Source of the DNA: Eledone cirrhosa
Taxonomy: Eukaryota
Assembly (NCBI GenBank): GCA_964016885.1
Contig: OZ024746.1
Coordinates: forward strand, 37,076,001-37,140,000
Direction: 5' to 3'
Length of the DNA stretch: 64,000 nucleotides
Numbering within the stretch: the first letter of the stretch is position 1; the number at the start of each line of letters is the position of its first letter. A program made the translations under genes and the position numbers. Shown here piece after piece: positions 11,886 through 26,000 of this stretch. The notes under the pieces are model-generated. The model did no database searches. It saw only the letters and a program-made list of their open reading frames with translations, and was not told the origin of the DNA.

Positions 11886-13511
11886 CATTTAAAATCGATA
11901 AAAAACTGAAAACTCAAAAGAGACTAATGAGTGTTTCAACCAAAACTGAACATACACTACTTACTACATATTAGCGAGGAAGCCACAGCATTCATACATA
12001 TGCATACATTCATTTATTTAGTTATTAAATTATTTCCCTTTTATTTCAGTTTTACGACAGAATAAAGGAAGTTTTTGCAGATATTTTATAAAGAGATAAA
12101 AGAGCAATTACAGCACTGCATTACTATTTTGAAGATACCATGAAATTAAATGACTTTCATCGCAGTCAATAAAAAGGAAACATGATGATGATGATGATGG
12201 TGATGATGACGGTGATGACGATACCGAAAATTGTAATAATAATAACACTAATAATAATAATACTAATAATAACAATAATAATAACGAGAAGAAGAAGAAA
12301 CAAAGAAGAAGAAGAAGAAGAAGAAGAAGAAGAAGAAGAAGAAGAAGAAGAAGAAGAAGAAGAAGAAGAAGATATACATTCTTTAAGAGCATATAATTCA
12401 AATAAAGAAGAGAAACAATATATGTATTTATGTTGTTTATTGCACCGAAAGAATTATTATACTTTGCGGTTACCGAGCTTCTTTGAAGATAAAAATAAAC
12501 TGCTTTTATTTTCATTCAAGCAATGGCGTATAACAAATACTTGCATGGCTATTTATACTTGTTTGTCTATTCATTTTAGTATGCGGTGAATCATTTTTTT
12601 GCTTTCTTGAAGTCTGTCAGTTCATGCGATGTCCACTTTACAAATACGTTATATTCATGTTTCAAACTTAAGAATACGCTATACATGCACTGTAGCAATT
12701 CAGGTATCATGCCATCCGTTCTGAAATCTAGATAAAACAAATAATAAGCACTCTCTTTGAGAAAGTTGGATATATCTTAATGCAATGTTGTTTTGTTTAT
12801 CTCTATATCTAATATAAAATTCGATCAAATCCCAGAAGCCATTTCAAAGTTGATAAACTTCATCTTTGTGACTGCATATCTACGTATATAACTATCAAAC
12901 TATGTACATCTCTCTATCTATCGCTCCCTGACACACACAGACACACATACATACCCCCCCCCCCACACACACACACACACACAATATATCTCAAGTATAT
13001 GCAGTAAAGGTAAAGTTTTTACAATTGCCGTATTTAGTATTGGCACAAATAAGGATCGATGAAATGAATAAAAGATTTGTAATGGATAATTAGAGGTGGA
13101 TATTATACACTAAAATCAAATTAATTATTCAATTAAAAGATGAACTGCATGTGTATACGCATATGTATGTGCATAAATGGAAGAGTTTAGGTGTTGGCAA
13201 TAAGCGTAATACTAGGGTTGAATATATGCGGAAACTCTTAGAAGTGATATGACCACCCGGTTTGCAAGCCCAACCTTATATCCACTATGTCCTGCGCCTA
13301 CACACACGTACGCACACTCGCTCACGTACACATTCACCTTCCATATGTCGGATATATATATATATAAAATAGAAAAAAATGAGGAAGTTTCGTTTACATG
13401 TGAATATTGCGTATCGAACATTTTCGCACGTTTCGCAGAGGTTCGGCTGAAGTTGAGACAGGAGTTATGCAAACGACTCCAGTATCCATCTGCTCCTCAT
13501 TCTGGGAATGC

Positions 13512-13572
<61 letters not shown>

Positions 13573-13579
<7 letters not shown>

Positions 13580-13758
13580 TTAAAACAATGAAATAGAAAA
13601 TCAAGTCATTAGAGATATACTTCACTGCTTTACGATCGTTTCTAGATGATGAAAATACATTGTATCTATACTCAGCTATTGATCTATGTAAACGATCGTA
13701 AAGCAGTGAAGTATAACTCTAATGACTTGATTTTTTATTTCATTGTTTTAACTTATAT
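13573..13758. repeat. Inverted repeat (~68 bp arms, ~48 bp spacer) adjoining (TA)n
   Basis: AAGTTAAAACAATGAAAT...TTTACGATCGTTT pairs with AAACGATCGTAAA...ATTTCATTGTTTTAACTT. Confidence 0.93.
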
Positions 13759-13891
13759 CATGACTCTGTTTTCCTTTGTATGTTTTATTGTTTTCTGAGA
13801 TTTATCTAAACCTACAACATTTTCAAGATATGGATTACATTGAGTTCTTCATACAGAATAGACCCCACAACTTACAGCGGATACCTCTGTG

Positions 13892-13999
<108 letters not shown>

Positions 14000-14017
14000 A
14001 TACTATATATATAATAT

Positions 14018-14187
<170 letters not shown>

Positions 14188-14837
14188 TTTATAAGTATTT
14201 TCTTTATAGACGTCATGAATTATTTGTGAAAAATGTAAAATTAACAGCAATGTTCCAGTTTAATTGCGCGGCACGGATGTATTTCGCAACGTAGATATTT
14301 AAACAGTAAATCAAAGTGTTTATCCGAATATATACAATAAATCTAAAGGATAATATTAAATTAGATTCAGAAATATATCAATCCAAGGACGTATACAGAT
14401 ATATTAAAATAAAAATAGTAAGAAATTATTCCCTTTAGAATTAGAAAGAGATAACGGTGTCACGTGAAAAATGTCACTTGAGATACGGCGAAGTGTATGC
14501 GAAGAGAATAAAAAACTGTATTACGCCATTTAACGAAGGAGAAAGAACTAATAAATTCTTAAGAAAAAAACAGAACGTTAATGTTCTTTTTAAATTAAGC
14601 GAAAATGTTCCTAATAACATATATCGCCAAAGAAAAAGAAAAACATAAATTGAAGTGAAGTGTTTAAACGTTAATATACGGAATATATAAAGAATACATG
14701 AAATAGTAATATTGATAATGATATTTTAATTGTTGTTGTTGGTTTGATTATATAAACCATATAATATATATACGTCCCTTATCGTTGTATACACACACAT
14801 ACATACTCTCTCTCACACACACATACGCACGCACGCC

Positions 14838-14883
<46 letters not shown>

Positions 14884-15926
14884 CATATATATAAATATAT
14901 ATGTGTGTGTGTGTGTGTGTGCAGAAGTAGCAATCGGGAAGTGAGCAGAATTATATTGTTGATGGTTGCGCTTTCAAAATAAATAATATAACACACATCT
15001 ATATAATACACACACGCATATATATATAGAGAGGGGGGGGGGGCGAAATAAATGGTGAAATAAGTGAGATAAATAAATAAATAGGTTCTACATAGATTTA
15101 ATTTCGGTAACGTTGTATGTCAATAATAAATCCATATAATTCACACTAACCTTGAAGTAATGTGCTTTGAGTTGGAGGAAGATGTAGAGAAACGTGTAAG
15201 TAGCTACAATGAAATGAACACTATCCACATATTACATTCTTTCCTTGACGTCAATGACGATGTTAGATACCCCATGCAATTAACTATTAACTACTCCTAA
15301 ATAACTATAAGATATATATACATATATAATCGAGAGCAGCAGAGTTTACAGAAAGCTGTTCGATTATTTGTTAAAAGTATGTCGAATAAAGCTAACCCTT
15401 TGTAACCTCTTTTGAATCGTTTCTGTATCTAGTGCCGATTCTTAAGGAAGAAGAGATTTCAATCTATTCACATTAAATAGCTAAATATCAAATATTATAA
15501 TAGCTTCCACATATAAGCAAACGTGTGTGTACAATACCATGTATGTTCATAAATATATCTCACTAGTTATATCATATTTCTCTATATATTTAAACGTATT
15601 TAAATTCATAGATGTTGCTGTATTCACACAAGTGTGTTAGTATTGTTTCCACGTGTTTCTGTGTGTGTTTATGTCTCAGCGATATACAGAGGGACAGCAG
15701 AGTTACCAAAACAAGATAGAGAAATTAAAAGTGTGATAATATAAGAGATAGATAAATATATAAGGAGAAAATAAATACAATAAAAGAGATAATGCAATAT
15801 ATGTCCTAAGATCGAAATCAGCTTAAATCAGTTTAAATGCGGAGGCTTGATATTAAAATAGTTGGCAGCTATCGCTAGAACGGAAGAATTAAAGAGAATC
15901 GAAGATATATATACAGAGTGAAAAAT

Positions 15927-16416
15927 GAAAGGAGCTGTGTGGTTACTAAAAACAAGGTTTAGGATGAGGGTTGGGACGGAACAGGATAAGAAAGGAAGAA
16001 AGGAGTTTCCATCGTCAGCTGTAAATGTTCCCGACCCGATGTTTCGGCGCTGAAATTACAGGTCATCGGTGTAGTTCGGTGTCTTCCCACGATGGGACCT
16101 GTACAACTTTTTCACCTATTCATTTCCTATTTTTCCCCTTTTCCCTTCCCCCTTTCTTCCTCTCTCCTCAATTTCCCCCATGTTCTTCCTCCTTTCCCTC
16201 TCCTTTCCTGTTCTCTCTCCTTTTTCTCCCTTTTTTTCTCTCTTTCTCTCTCCTTTTCCACTGGCCCTTTGATTAATAAAAGGCCTGCAATTCAGCGCCG
16301 AAACATCGGGTCGGGAAACATTTACAGCTGACGATGGAAACTAATTTCTTCCTTTCTCCTGTTTCGTCCTAATCACCATCATAAACCTTATTTTTAGTAA
16401 CCAGACAGCTCCTTTC
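15927..16416. repeat. Diverged inverted repeat (~135 bp arms) around a pyrimidine-rich spacer
   Basis: 15927-16062 vs 16284-16416, e.g. CCCGACCCGATGTTTCGGCGCTGAA / TTCAGCGCCGAAACATCGGGTCGGG. Confidence 0.9.
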
Positions 16417-16531
16417 GTTTCATATCATTTTGTATTTGCCGCTGTGACCCTATCTGCTTTTGTCGATCTGGGTTACTTCCACACTTTCGCATCGACCCTC
16501 CCTTCTTTCTTCCCTTCTATACATATATATG

Positions 16532-16601
<70 letters not shown>

Positions 16602-17140
16602 CAGAGAGAAAGATTGGGAATAAAAATAATGAATAGAGACTTCGAAATTTACAGATAATGAACGAATGATGTCAAAATAAATAGATAGGTAGATAAAGAA
16701 AAGAAAGACAGAGATAAAGAAGCATTGACAAAGCGAGAGATCCATGACACAATTTACATAGGAATTTCTTACGCCCTCATCGAGATTGTTGCTAAGATAT
16801 CCTCTAGCCCATATTTGAACAGAATAATGGAATCCTTTCTTCATATCGTGTTGATTTCTGGCTTATCATTGATATGTTTAGTTGAGTGAATGCCAAGGTG
16901 AGAACTCTTCTTTTATTCTGCCACGGGTATAATTGGTTCTGAAGTTGGTAATTCATCAATGACGAAACCTTCAGTGTTAATGTTCCTATGCTTATCTCAT
17001 TTACTCATTTATAGAAGGATGGACTTAAGTAAACATCATAGCTTTAAACAATGGTTACAGTGTAAATGATGTCAGCAAACTTTGCAATATTAGCTATATT
17101 TTCCGGATACATAAGGTATTATATGTAAAGTATTTCATTA

Positions 17141-17179
<39 letters not shown>

Positions 17180-18460
17180 AATTATGCGTATTCACTAGTA
17201 TAATTATTATAAGAATAAATCGCTATAGAAACATCAAGGCATCTTAGATATTTCATAGTAGTTTCTAAAACAAAAGAAATTGTCATCTGAAGACTTCCGA
17301 ATTCCAAAATAAAAGAGTCTGTGCGTGAGGATTAACAGTTACGCATGGGAGTATGCAATGAGATTAATGGACGTACATGACGATAAACATTTAAATGATT
17401 CATTACAGAAAGATGTTTATATTGATAAATCAGTACCGGGAATAGAGGTATGAATAATCAAATGTGGACAAAATTATTTTATCAATGAGAAATTCATAGA
17501 TAATGTTATACTGTGCCTTTGCAAACATGAATTTGCCACTCCGATGACTTGTATAGAAGATTCTTATGACAATATTTGCCATAGTGTGATTGAAAACTTG
17601 AGCTCTTTAGTAATGGTAGTAATTAATCGTTTGGATTCCTCATCGATAATTTCAAGATTTGATGGCATTAAAACGCTTTATATTTTATGTTTGGTTACCG
17701 TTGTAGAATCCATGTTAATGTTTTCCAGATATTTGCGAAATTTGACACCATATGGCCGTGAAACGTTCAGGAGGCGAACAATCATTAAACCATTATTATC
17801 TGCTTTTATGTCAAAGGATACTGCGCACAATGTCCTTTCCTGATTTAACTTGATGTCTGTCATCAGTTATCAGGAACGGAATTATAATCAGAAAGAGTTA
17901 GAAAAGAGTTAGATCCCTTAAAATACGAGTCCTCAAAGGAATGAGTAGCTCTCTAGCATCTGAAATAAACTATGAGTCATATTAGCCACACATAAGCCAG
18001 CGTGTAATAATATAAATAGACCGAATGACAATGCTGCCGCGCATGTTCGCACACTTTAAGAGGGCCTTAAAAATCTGAGCTCCCAGCGTAGAATTTAAAT
18101 CCCTACATGAATCAAAGCAATTTGTGATATCCATATACTCGACGTAATGAAAGTTTCAAATAACTCACGGCACAAATGTACACTAAATATAATGAAAGCT
18201 TAATCAACATATCATAAAACTAAAACAAAGACATTTTCAACCAGATATTTCAGCGCGAAAAAATAATAATAAAAAAATAAAAAATAAAATGATATGCTTT
18301 CATTAACATCTTCCCTGTAAAAACACAAGCATCCTATCAAAAAGTAACAGGAAGCTATGCCCATAAATACATATCATACATAGATTATTAAGTTAATTTG
18401 TTTAGTTTTGAAGACGATGTATAACGTAACGAAATTGAGTACCATTATACACAAATAAAA

Positions 18461-18650
18461 GGCGGTGGATTGGCAGTATCGGTAGAGAGTCGGACGCCAG
18501 TCTTTGCAGCATAGAGTTATGTCCGTTCACGAACTCAATTCAAATCACGCCGAGATTAAATTTGCCTTTCATCCTTTCCGGGTCGATAAAATAAAGTACC
18601 AGTAATGTACTGAGTGATTGCTGGCCTTGTACCAAAAGTAGAAACAATTA
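18461..18650 (+). mobile_element. tRNA-derived SINE with a Deu/Nin-like central domain
   Basis: A-box-like TGGCAGTATCGG, B-box-like TTCAAATC and conserved GCCTTTCATCCTTTCCGGGTCGATAAAATAAAGTACCAG; five more copies in the window. The domain name is from recall. Confidence 0.85.
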
Positions 18651-19418
18651 TATATATACACAAATTGTTTCCTCGATTCCATTAAATTTGATCTGCGAAC
18701 TACTATACTGACGTCGAGTGTAGTCATGGAAAAATTAGCCACACAAACACCATGACGCCAATATAAATATAATTGCAGGCACAGCCATAATGACGAAACG
18801 CGGTGGATGGAAAATATATCGGTAACCCTGTGGCTTAATGCAATAAACAATTACCAAGAAATTCAATACAAATTGAAGACATCTAACAATCCTTCTCATA
18901 CATATGTTTTACACAAGACGCAAATGTATTGTTATGCTGTCAGTATACTCTGGATAACGCCTCAGTCTTATACTTATCTACAACACGGTGATTGGTCAAT
19001 AAGATTTATCTAGCCTCCTGTAGGAAATCTGGCATATTTATCATTCCTCTACCTCATTGCACGCCGAAAATATAGACATTGCCCCGCCACACATCACATA
19101 ATAAAATGAATTCGTATCCCTATGAAGAGCCACGAACATTTGCCAGTTTCAACCAAGTTTGAACGAGTTACATAACACGTTTCAACGTTTCAAAGTTGCT
19201 GCAATCTCTCTGCCGCAATTAACTCATCGAAAGACATGTACAGGTTTAATAAAAGAAATAATTGAACAAATACTACTCTCACTTCTCTATTACCTCCATG
19301 ATCTTCTGCTCTCTCCCACTTTCTCTCACTCTATCTCTTTCTCTTTCTCTCTACCTCCCCTCTCTCTCTCACTCGCTCACTCTCTATCTCTCTTTCTCTC
19401 TTTAACTAAATATATATG

Positions 19419-19475
<57 letters not shown>

Positions 19476-19490
19476 TTGTGTGTATATACA

Positions 19491-19537
<47 letters not shown>

Positions 19538-19721
19538 CAAAATGAAAATCCGAAGGCAAGGTAAAATTCCAATCATTTAATCACGACACATGTTTCAATA
19601 AGAGATAGATCGATTGTGAAGCCATGATCGATTATCACTGATCTCATCAATTGTAAATGAATTGTCTTCAAATTCTTGAAGGAGAAAACGTATCGGTGTT
19701 CTCTCATAGAATTCATTCCCT

Positions 19722-19805
<84 letters not shown>

Positions 19806-20504
19806 GAGAGAGAGAGTATCCAGAGATTGGGAGGGAAATGAATATAGGGTGTCATGCCACTAGTATATGCCAAAATATGCAGTATCGTTTGCAATAAAAT
19901 ATGTATATAAAAATATGAGAATGATCTGAAACATTGCATCTGGTACTCGGAGCAGAATGATAATTTCCCACTTGTCTGAATGTACATACCAGCACTTTTA
20001 AGGTATCACTTCTATTTTACTTAAAGTCTCATAATTACTTACACTTTCTTCTCTAACATTGATTCTGTTATATATTCCTCAGTAATGCCTATGTTTGAAA
20101 AAGATATGTAGTTATGAAATAATATAATTACATTTTGATACAAATACGTTTCTTTTGATACAAATTATTTTTTCTCGTCTTGTATTTAAACCCTTATGTC
20201 TGCCGTTACAAGCTTTCGGACGGTTCTTTGTTTACAGTTAATGTATATATGGACGAGTTGAAATATTAAACATGTTGCCTTTGTTTAACTGCTAAATGCT
20301 AAGTAAACCTGTCAACTCTTGCGCAATTACTCACAACTTTGTGTCGGCTAGTTGAGGAATATCTAAGATGAAAGATATATTTTGCAACTATAGAAAAATA
20401 TTCTGCTTCTTCGTATTCTCTCGAATAACTTTGCTCTAAAGACCTTTCGGACGAACACAATTTCGGCATGTTATATATTGCAATCGTAATATTGGGTTGT
20501 AGCA

Positions 20505-20885
20505 TAAATTCCTGCCCAACAGATTACCGAATCATGAAGCGCGCACATTAGTGGACCAGCTCCTGCTATCATTGCTTTTAATTCAGCTTACAGCATTCCA
20601 ACACTCAAGAAGATACTGGAGATACTTCTCAACCTGCATCAGTGGAACTTCATTTACACGTAGAGTATTCTGTGCAGGTTTCCTTGAGAGGTTGAGTGTC
20701 TCAGTTTTCACTGTTCTGATTTCCATCGTCGACATGCAGTTCTCAGCATCAAATATATGAAATGCAAGTGGTACTTCACCTTTTATCGATTTAAGTAACT
20801 CCATGAGATCTTCCAGCTGACTGATTTTACACCTGTCAGTCGTGGTACGAGTTCGATTCCAGCTGCGCATATCAAACCTGTTCAT
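20505..20885 (-). mobile_element. Decayed RTE-like LINE fragment
   Basis: ORF 20583-20885 contains KTETLNLSRKP...LRVNEVPLMQVEKYLQYL, matching the post-YADD region of the other RTE copies. Confidence 0.7.
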
Positions 20886-22093
20886 GAAATCAGAATTACA
20901 AATATAAATATTATTAACGTGTATTTAGGCTCAGGATTTCTGTGCAGCTTATAAATATTGGGTCGATATAATTATCATAATGCATTCAGTAAATATATGA
21001 AGTACGATCCTCCCTTATCGAAATTTCAAAGCATTGCTTTTTCATTTTTTTTATATTTATGAAGTTGGGGAAATGCATAATGATATAACATGGGTGAAAT
21101 TCAATGTCGTGAGGTTCATGATGAATTTTCAATTATGAAATTAGTGGGAAAAGTTTTCAAGTAAATTCTTGAAATGTCTGTCACAGTTTTAAGCATAATT
21201 TTATTACTTATTCTTCAACGGGTGCCATAACATTATCAAAACTATAGGCGTCGTGGGAATTGTCTTGCAGATTAATTCTGGTGGCATTTAATCCACTATC
21301 GAAACATTACTTCCGTGAATATGAATTAATATATATTGATTTACTATTAGACGACACTTTATTTTCTTTATATATTGAAACGTATTCATAGCTGTCTTTT
21401 ATAATGGTACACTCATTAGTAAGTCAACATTAACATATAATGTTCAGTACTTTCTAGATTGTTCACAAACTGTTAACACATGAGGAATGCCATTCTAAAT
21501 TTAATTATAAGTCCTTTAGTATTAATCACATGAATTGAAGAGAACTAATGTGTCGACAAGTATGCCTTCATCAAAAGTACATGACGGCAAAATTATTTGC
21601 GTGATAATATAGATTTACTTGCACAGTTCAATTCATGGTTGGATCAATATGCATTTCAACTCTGTGAGGCCAATGACAGTATTATCCCAGCGAGATATTT
21701 GCATCTCCGAGTCGACTCTGTCTCTTCCCTAAAGATGTAAGAATGTTGTTGAAAAATTATTGTCCAATCTGCCAGTTGTGATGTTTTGACTTTTATTGTA
21801 TACGAATTGTATCATATAAGTGACTTTGGGACAACAATAAAAGGAAAGCTACTGATTACAAGTAAGTAAGTAATACAAACGTCATACATAAGTGTCCTTT
21901 CCTAATGCAACGTTAAAGCAAATTTCCATCACTATTTAATCTTCCGCATAGGTGTCAAAATACTTTCATATTTGCGTCCATCTCCAGCCAAGTGATTCAT
22001 GGTGTAACAACCAAGTTTCTATACCTCTCAATCAAATCAATCTACACTTATCTTTGTGCAGGGACGTGCTTCACAATGAATAATGATATTATT

Positions 22094-22140
<47 letters not shown>

Positions 22141-23059
22141 GGGAAGAAGACGCACGAGGTGACGGAGGTTATGAAATCGCTCCCGTAAGTTTTGAATTTT
22201 TAACATATTTAAATCATTTGTGAAATAACAACTCTTAGTACAAATGCTACGTAAAGCACCCGGCTTGAGCCCCAAAAAATTCGGACCCCAAATATATTGT
22301 TATAAGGCTCAAATATTCAAATATTCAACTTTGTATTGTACACTGTATATCCCAAAAAGAAAATGGCTATAAATGGAAGAAGAACCCCCCCCCCCCTCCT
22401 CTCCTCTGGCTACACTATATAGGACAGCCAAACTCACCACACCAGAAACTAGATACACCACCCACCCCATCATCTGTGTACACTAAACACAACAGCCAGA
22501 TAACGGCATTTTGAACTTCACCGCCACCGCTCACTACGGCCATCATTACCACCACTATCCCATCACCGCCGCCACCACCCATTGACTCCTTCACTACTGC
22601 CACCGCTACAGCACCATCACTACAGTAATACGGTCACATCACCGCCACCACTGCCTCGGTATCGACATCACCACCACCACTGTCTCAGTATCGCTACCGC
22701 TGCCAGTCTCCCACTTCTCCCTGCTGGCTGCTACTTCCACATTATAGAATTCCTACTACTAACAAAGAGGAAGGCATCAAAATATATAGATAGACTCAAA
22801 AGAAAAAAGAAAAAACAAACAACAAAACCAAAGCAGCACAGCAACAACAGCAAAAACGAGAAAAACAAACAGAGAAAAACAAAAACAAAAAAAGAAACCC
22901 CATAAACGTAAAGAAAATAAGAATGAAGAGAGAGGCAGGCGGACCGACAGAGAAGAGGGGGGAAAAAGTAAAACTTAAAAAACAAAAACTAAGTCAGACA
23001 TTCGAACACTACATTACAATGAAACTTATGCTTATTCATTTTTGGGGCCCTTTCTTTCT

Positions 23060-26000
23060 GTGTGTTTGTTTGTTTATGTGTGTTCGTATACAGCGTGGTG
23101 ATAATGCCACACAAGGGCCAAGTGGGATGGCGGATCCACAGATGGCTATGTAACCATACATTCGCCAATCCTCGATAAGAGTGTTTAAATATCGAACATA
23201 AACAGTTCGAATAACGGTGAAATGGAGACTAGAACGTCATGTGACAGACTCTCACCCAACAGGTGCCCCCTGGCTCAGCAGCAGGAACCTGACTGTCAAC
23301 CAAATACTGCTGATGTTGGAGGAAGGAGAAGAAGAAGGAAAGGGGCCAGAACCAACTGGACGAAAGAATTGAATAGAACTGTTATGCAATGCTACCTGAA
23401 AAGTAACCCCAAGGAGAGGGGCTACAGGAGACGGATGCATAACATCTGGAACGAGATTGGTTTATTTAAATTAGATGAACAAAAATTGGCCGGGAAGGCT
23501 CGGGTAATAAGAACTAATGGGTGGATAAGCGAGCTGGAACTGGAGGAACTGAGCAGAGAGAATGGCTTGGAGATGGCGGGTGTAGTATGCCAGACAAGCG
23601 AGCCAGTGGGAAATGAAGGTGAAGAGGTCCTGAGAACGGAGGAACCACCCGAAGCAGACAATGATCTGAATACTGAGATAAATAATACCTGGAACAGAGA
23701 TACGGCCACTGAGGAGATGAATGCTGACGGGCTAGGACAAGATTCGGTTGACATCCTAAATTTAATGGTAGATGAATTGAACAATGATAGTGGGAGACCT
23801 ATGAACCTAAGATTTGTAGACAGGAAAAAGTTAAAAGAAACAACAGCTAAGGTAAACAAGGTCATCCCATACCTTGAGGCGAGGAGCCTTCACCAGTGCA
23901 ACAATATCCTCAAAGCAAAAGCAAATACGGTGAGGAAACTACTTGGTATAAAAGCGAGAGGAAACAACAGACAAGAAAGAGCAGAGCCGTGGTGGAAGAA
24001 GCGACTGAGTGGGCAAATAGGGGAAATGAGAAATGACATAGGAAAGCTTGAGTCACTACTGAATGGGACACTAAAAAACATAGGCACTAAAAATAGACTG
24101 GAAATAAAATACAAAACTAGGAGTAAAAAGCTAAATATTATCATAGAGGAATTGAAGCAACGCATTGTAGCAAAGAGTGCAAAAATCAGGCGATACGAGA
24201 CAGAGTCAGTCAGTATAAACAGAACCGCATGTTCGACAACAACCAGAAGATGCTGTTTGGACAGCTTGAGGGGAAAGAAAGAGGCAACGACTTGATCCCT
24301 GGGGCGGAACAAACTAAAACATTCTGGAGAGAAATATGGGAGCAGGATGTTAGACACAATGCCCAGGCAGGGTGGATTGAGACAGTACAGAGGGAGATCG
24401 GTGAGCAGGCACAACAACAAACTGATTTGAGTATCACAGTTGAAACTCTTAAGGGGCAAGCCAAAAAACTAACCAACTGGAAATCACCAGGCCCAGATGG
24501 TGTGCAGGGGTATTGGATTAAACATTTAACATCCCTCCACCCGAAGCTGACGGCCATGTTCAATGACTGCTTGGTGTCGGGTGAGGTGCCAGAGTGGTTG
24601 ACAAAAGGTACCACAGTTCTGATAATGAAAGACCGAATCAAGGGTAATGATGTTACCAACTATAGACCTATCACATGTCTGTCCGTAATGTGGAAACTGT
24701 TGACGAGCATTGTGTCTGAGGAAATCTACCATCACCTCCACACAAACAACTTGTTACCGGACGAACAGAAAGGATGCCGAAAGAAGTCACGTGGTACAAA
24801 GACCAGTTACTTATTGATAAGATGGTAATGGGGAATTGCAGGAGGAGACACACTGATCTTGACATGGGATGGATAGACTACAGAAAGGCATTTGACATGG
24901 TGCCTCATTCCTGGATCACCAAAAGCCTGGAGATCTTCAGGGTGGCAGATAACATCAGACAGTTGCTAGGCAGGTGTATGGGGTCCTGGGAGACAGAGTT
25001 GACATCAACTGGAGTATCCTTGGGAAGCGTGAAGATCAAGAGAGGTATCTTCCAGGGAGATAGCCTGTCCCCTCTGTTGTTTGTCCTTGCCCTGATACCC
25101 TTGACCATTATGCTGCGAAGAGTGAGAGCAGGATACAAGTTGGGAAGGGGAGAGCTTACCATCAATCACCTCCTCTTCATGGACGATCTTAAGCTCTTCG
25201 GGAAAAGTGAGAAGGAGTTTGATGTGCTTGTTGACACTGTCCGTATTTTCAGCAGTGATATATGTATGCAGTTTGGTATTGGTAAATGTGGACTCATTGT
25301 GATGAAGAGGGGTAGGTTGAGCAGAAGTAACGGGATCCAGATACCAACAGGTGAGATGATAAATGAAATTGACTCTGAGGAAGGATACAAGTATTTGGGC
25401 GTTCTGGAGGCTGATGGCATAAAGAACAAAAAAATGAAGGAATTGTTAAGAACTGAATACATTCGGAGAGTAAGGAGCGTATTGAAGTCACATCTGAACA
25501 GCAGAAATGCCATAAGCGCAGTAAATTCCCGAGCTGTGTCTATTATTAGGTACAGTGCGGGAATTCTGAGATGGAATGTTGCTGAACAAAAAGAAATGGA
25601 TAGGAAGACTAGGAAGCTATTGACTATCTACAACATGTTCCACAAGAGGAGTGATGTCGATAGACTCTACCTAAGGAGATCTGAGGGTGGAAGAGGTCTT
25701 ATCAGCATAGAGGACTGTGTTCAGATGGAGAAAAACAACCTATACAAATACGTGACCTATAATAAGGAGCCAATGCTCAGAACTGTACTGAAGGAGGGGA
25801 CAGTAGGCCAGGGGATGTCCAAGGAGGAAATAACATCAAGGAGGAAGAGCAGCCTTAAGGGAAAATCCCTTCATAGTACCTTCTTTGAGAAAACTGAATT
25901 TAGAGATCCACAGACATGGAACTGGTTGAGAAGAGGAGACCTCAAAAAGGCTACAGAAGGAATGCTAATGGCTGCGCAGGAGCAGGCCCTCAAAACGAAG

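Noticed and set aside
16328-16345. CTGACGA-TG-GAAAC as a stem-II-less hammerhead (similar strings at ~16005 and ~44065)
   Set aside because: No stem II, no NUH site with a paired stem III, and no stem I.
17300-17940. Possible exon or coding remnant
   Set aside because: Short ORFs on both strands with no recognisable motif and no supported splice structure.
21500-22040. hAT-like transposase remnant on the minus strand
   Set aside because: Only vague peptide resemblance across many stops; not supportable without a profile search.
23090-23180. HDV-like ribozyme in the Dong 5' UTR
   Set aside because: Expected for some RLE elements and the segment is GC-rich, but I could not assemble a consistent P1/P1.1/P2/P3 pseudoknot by eye; needs a descriptor search.
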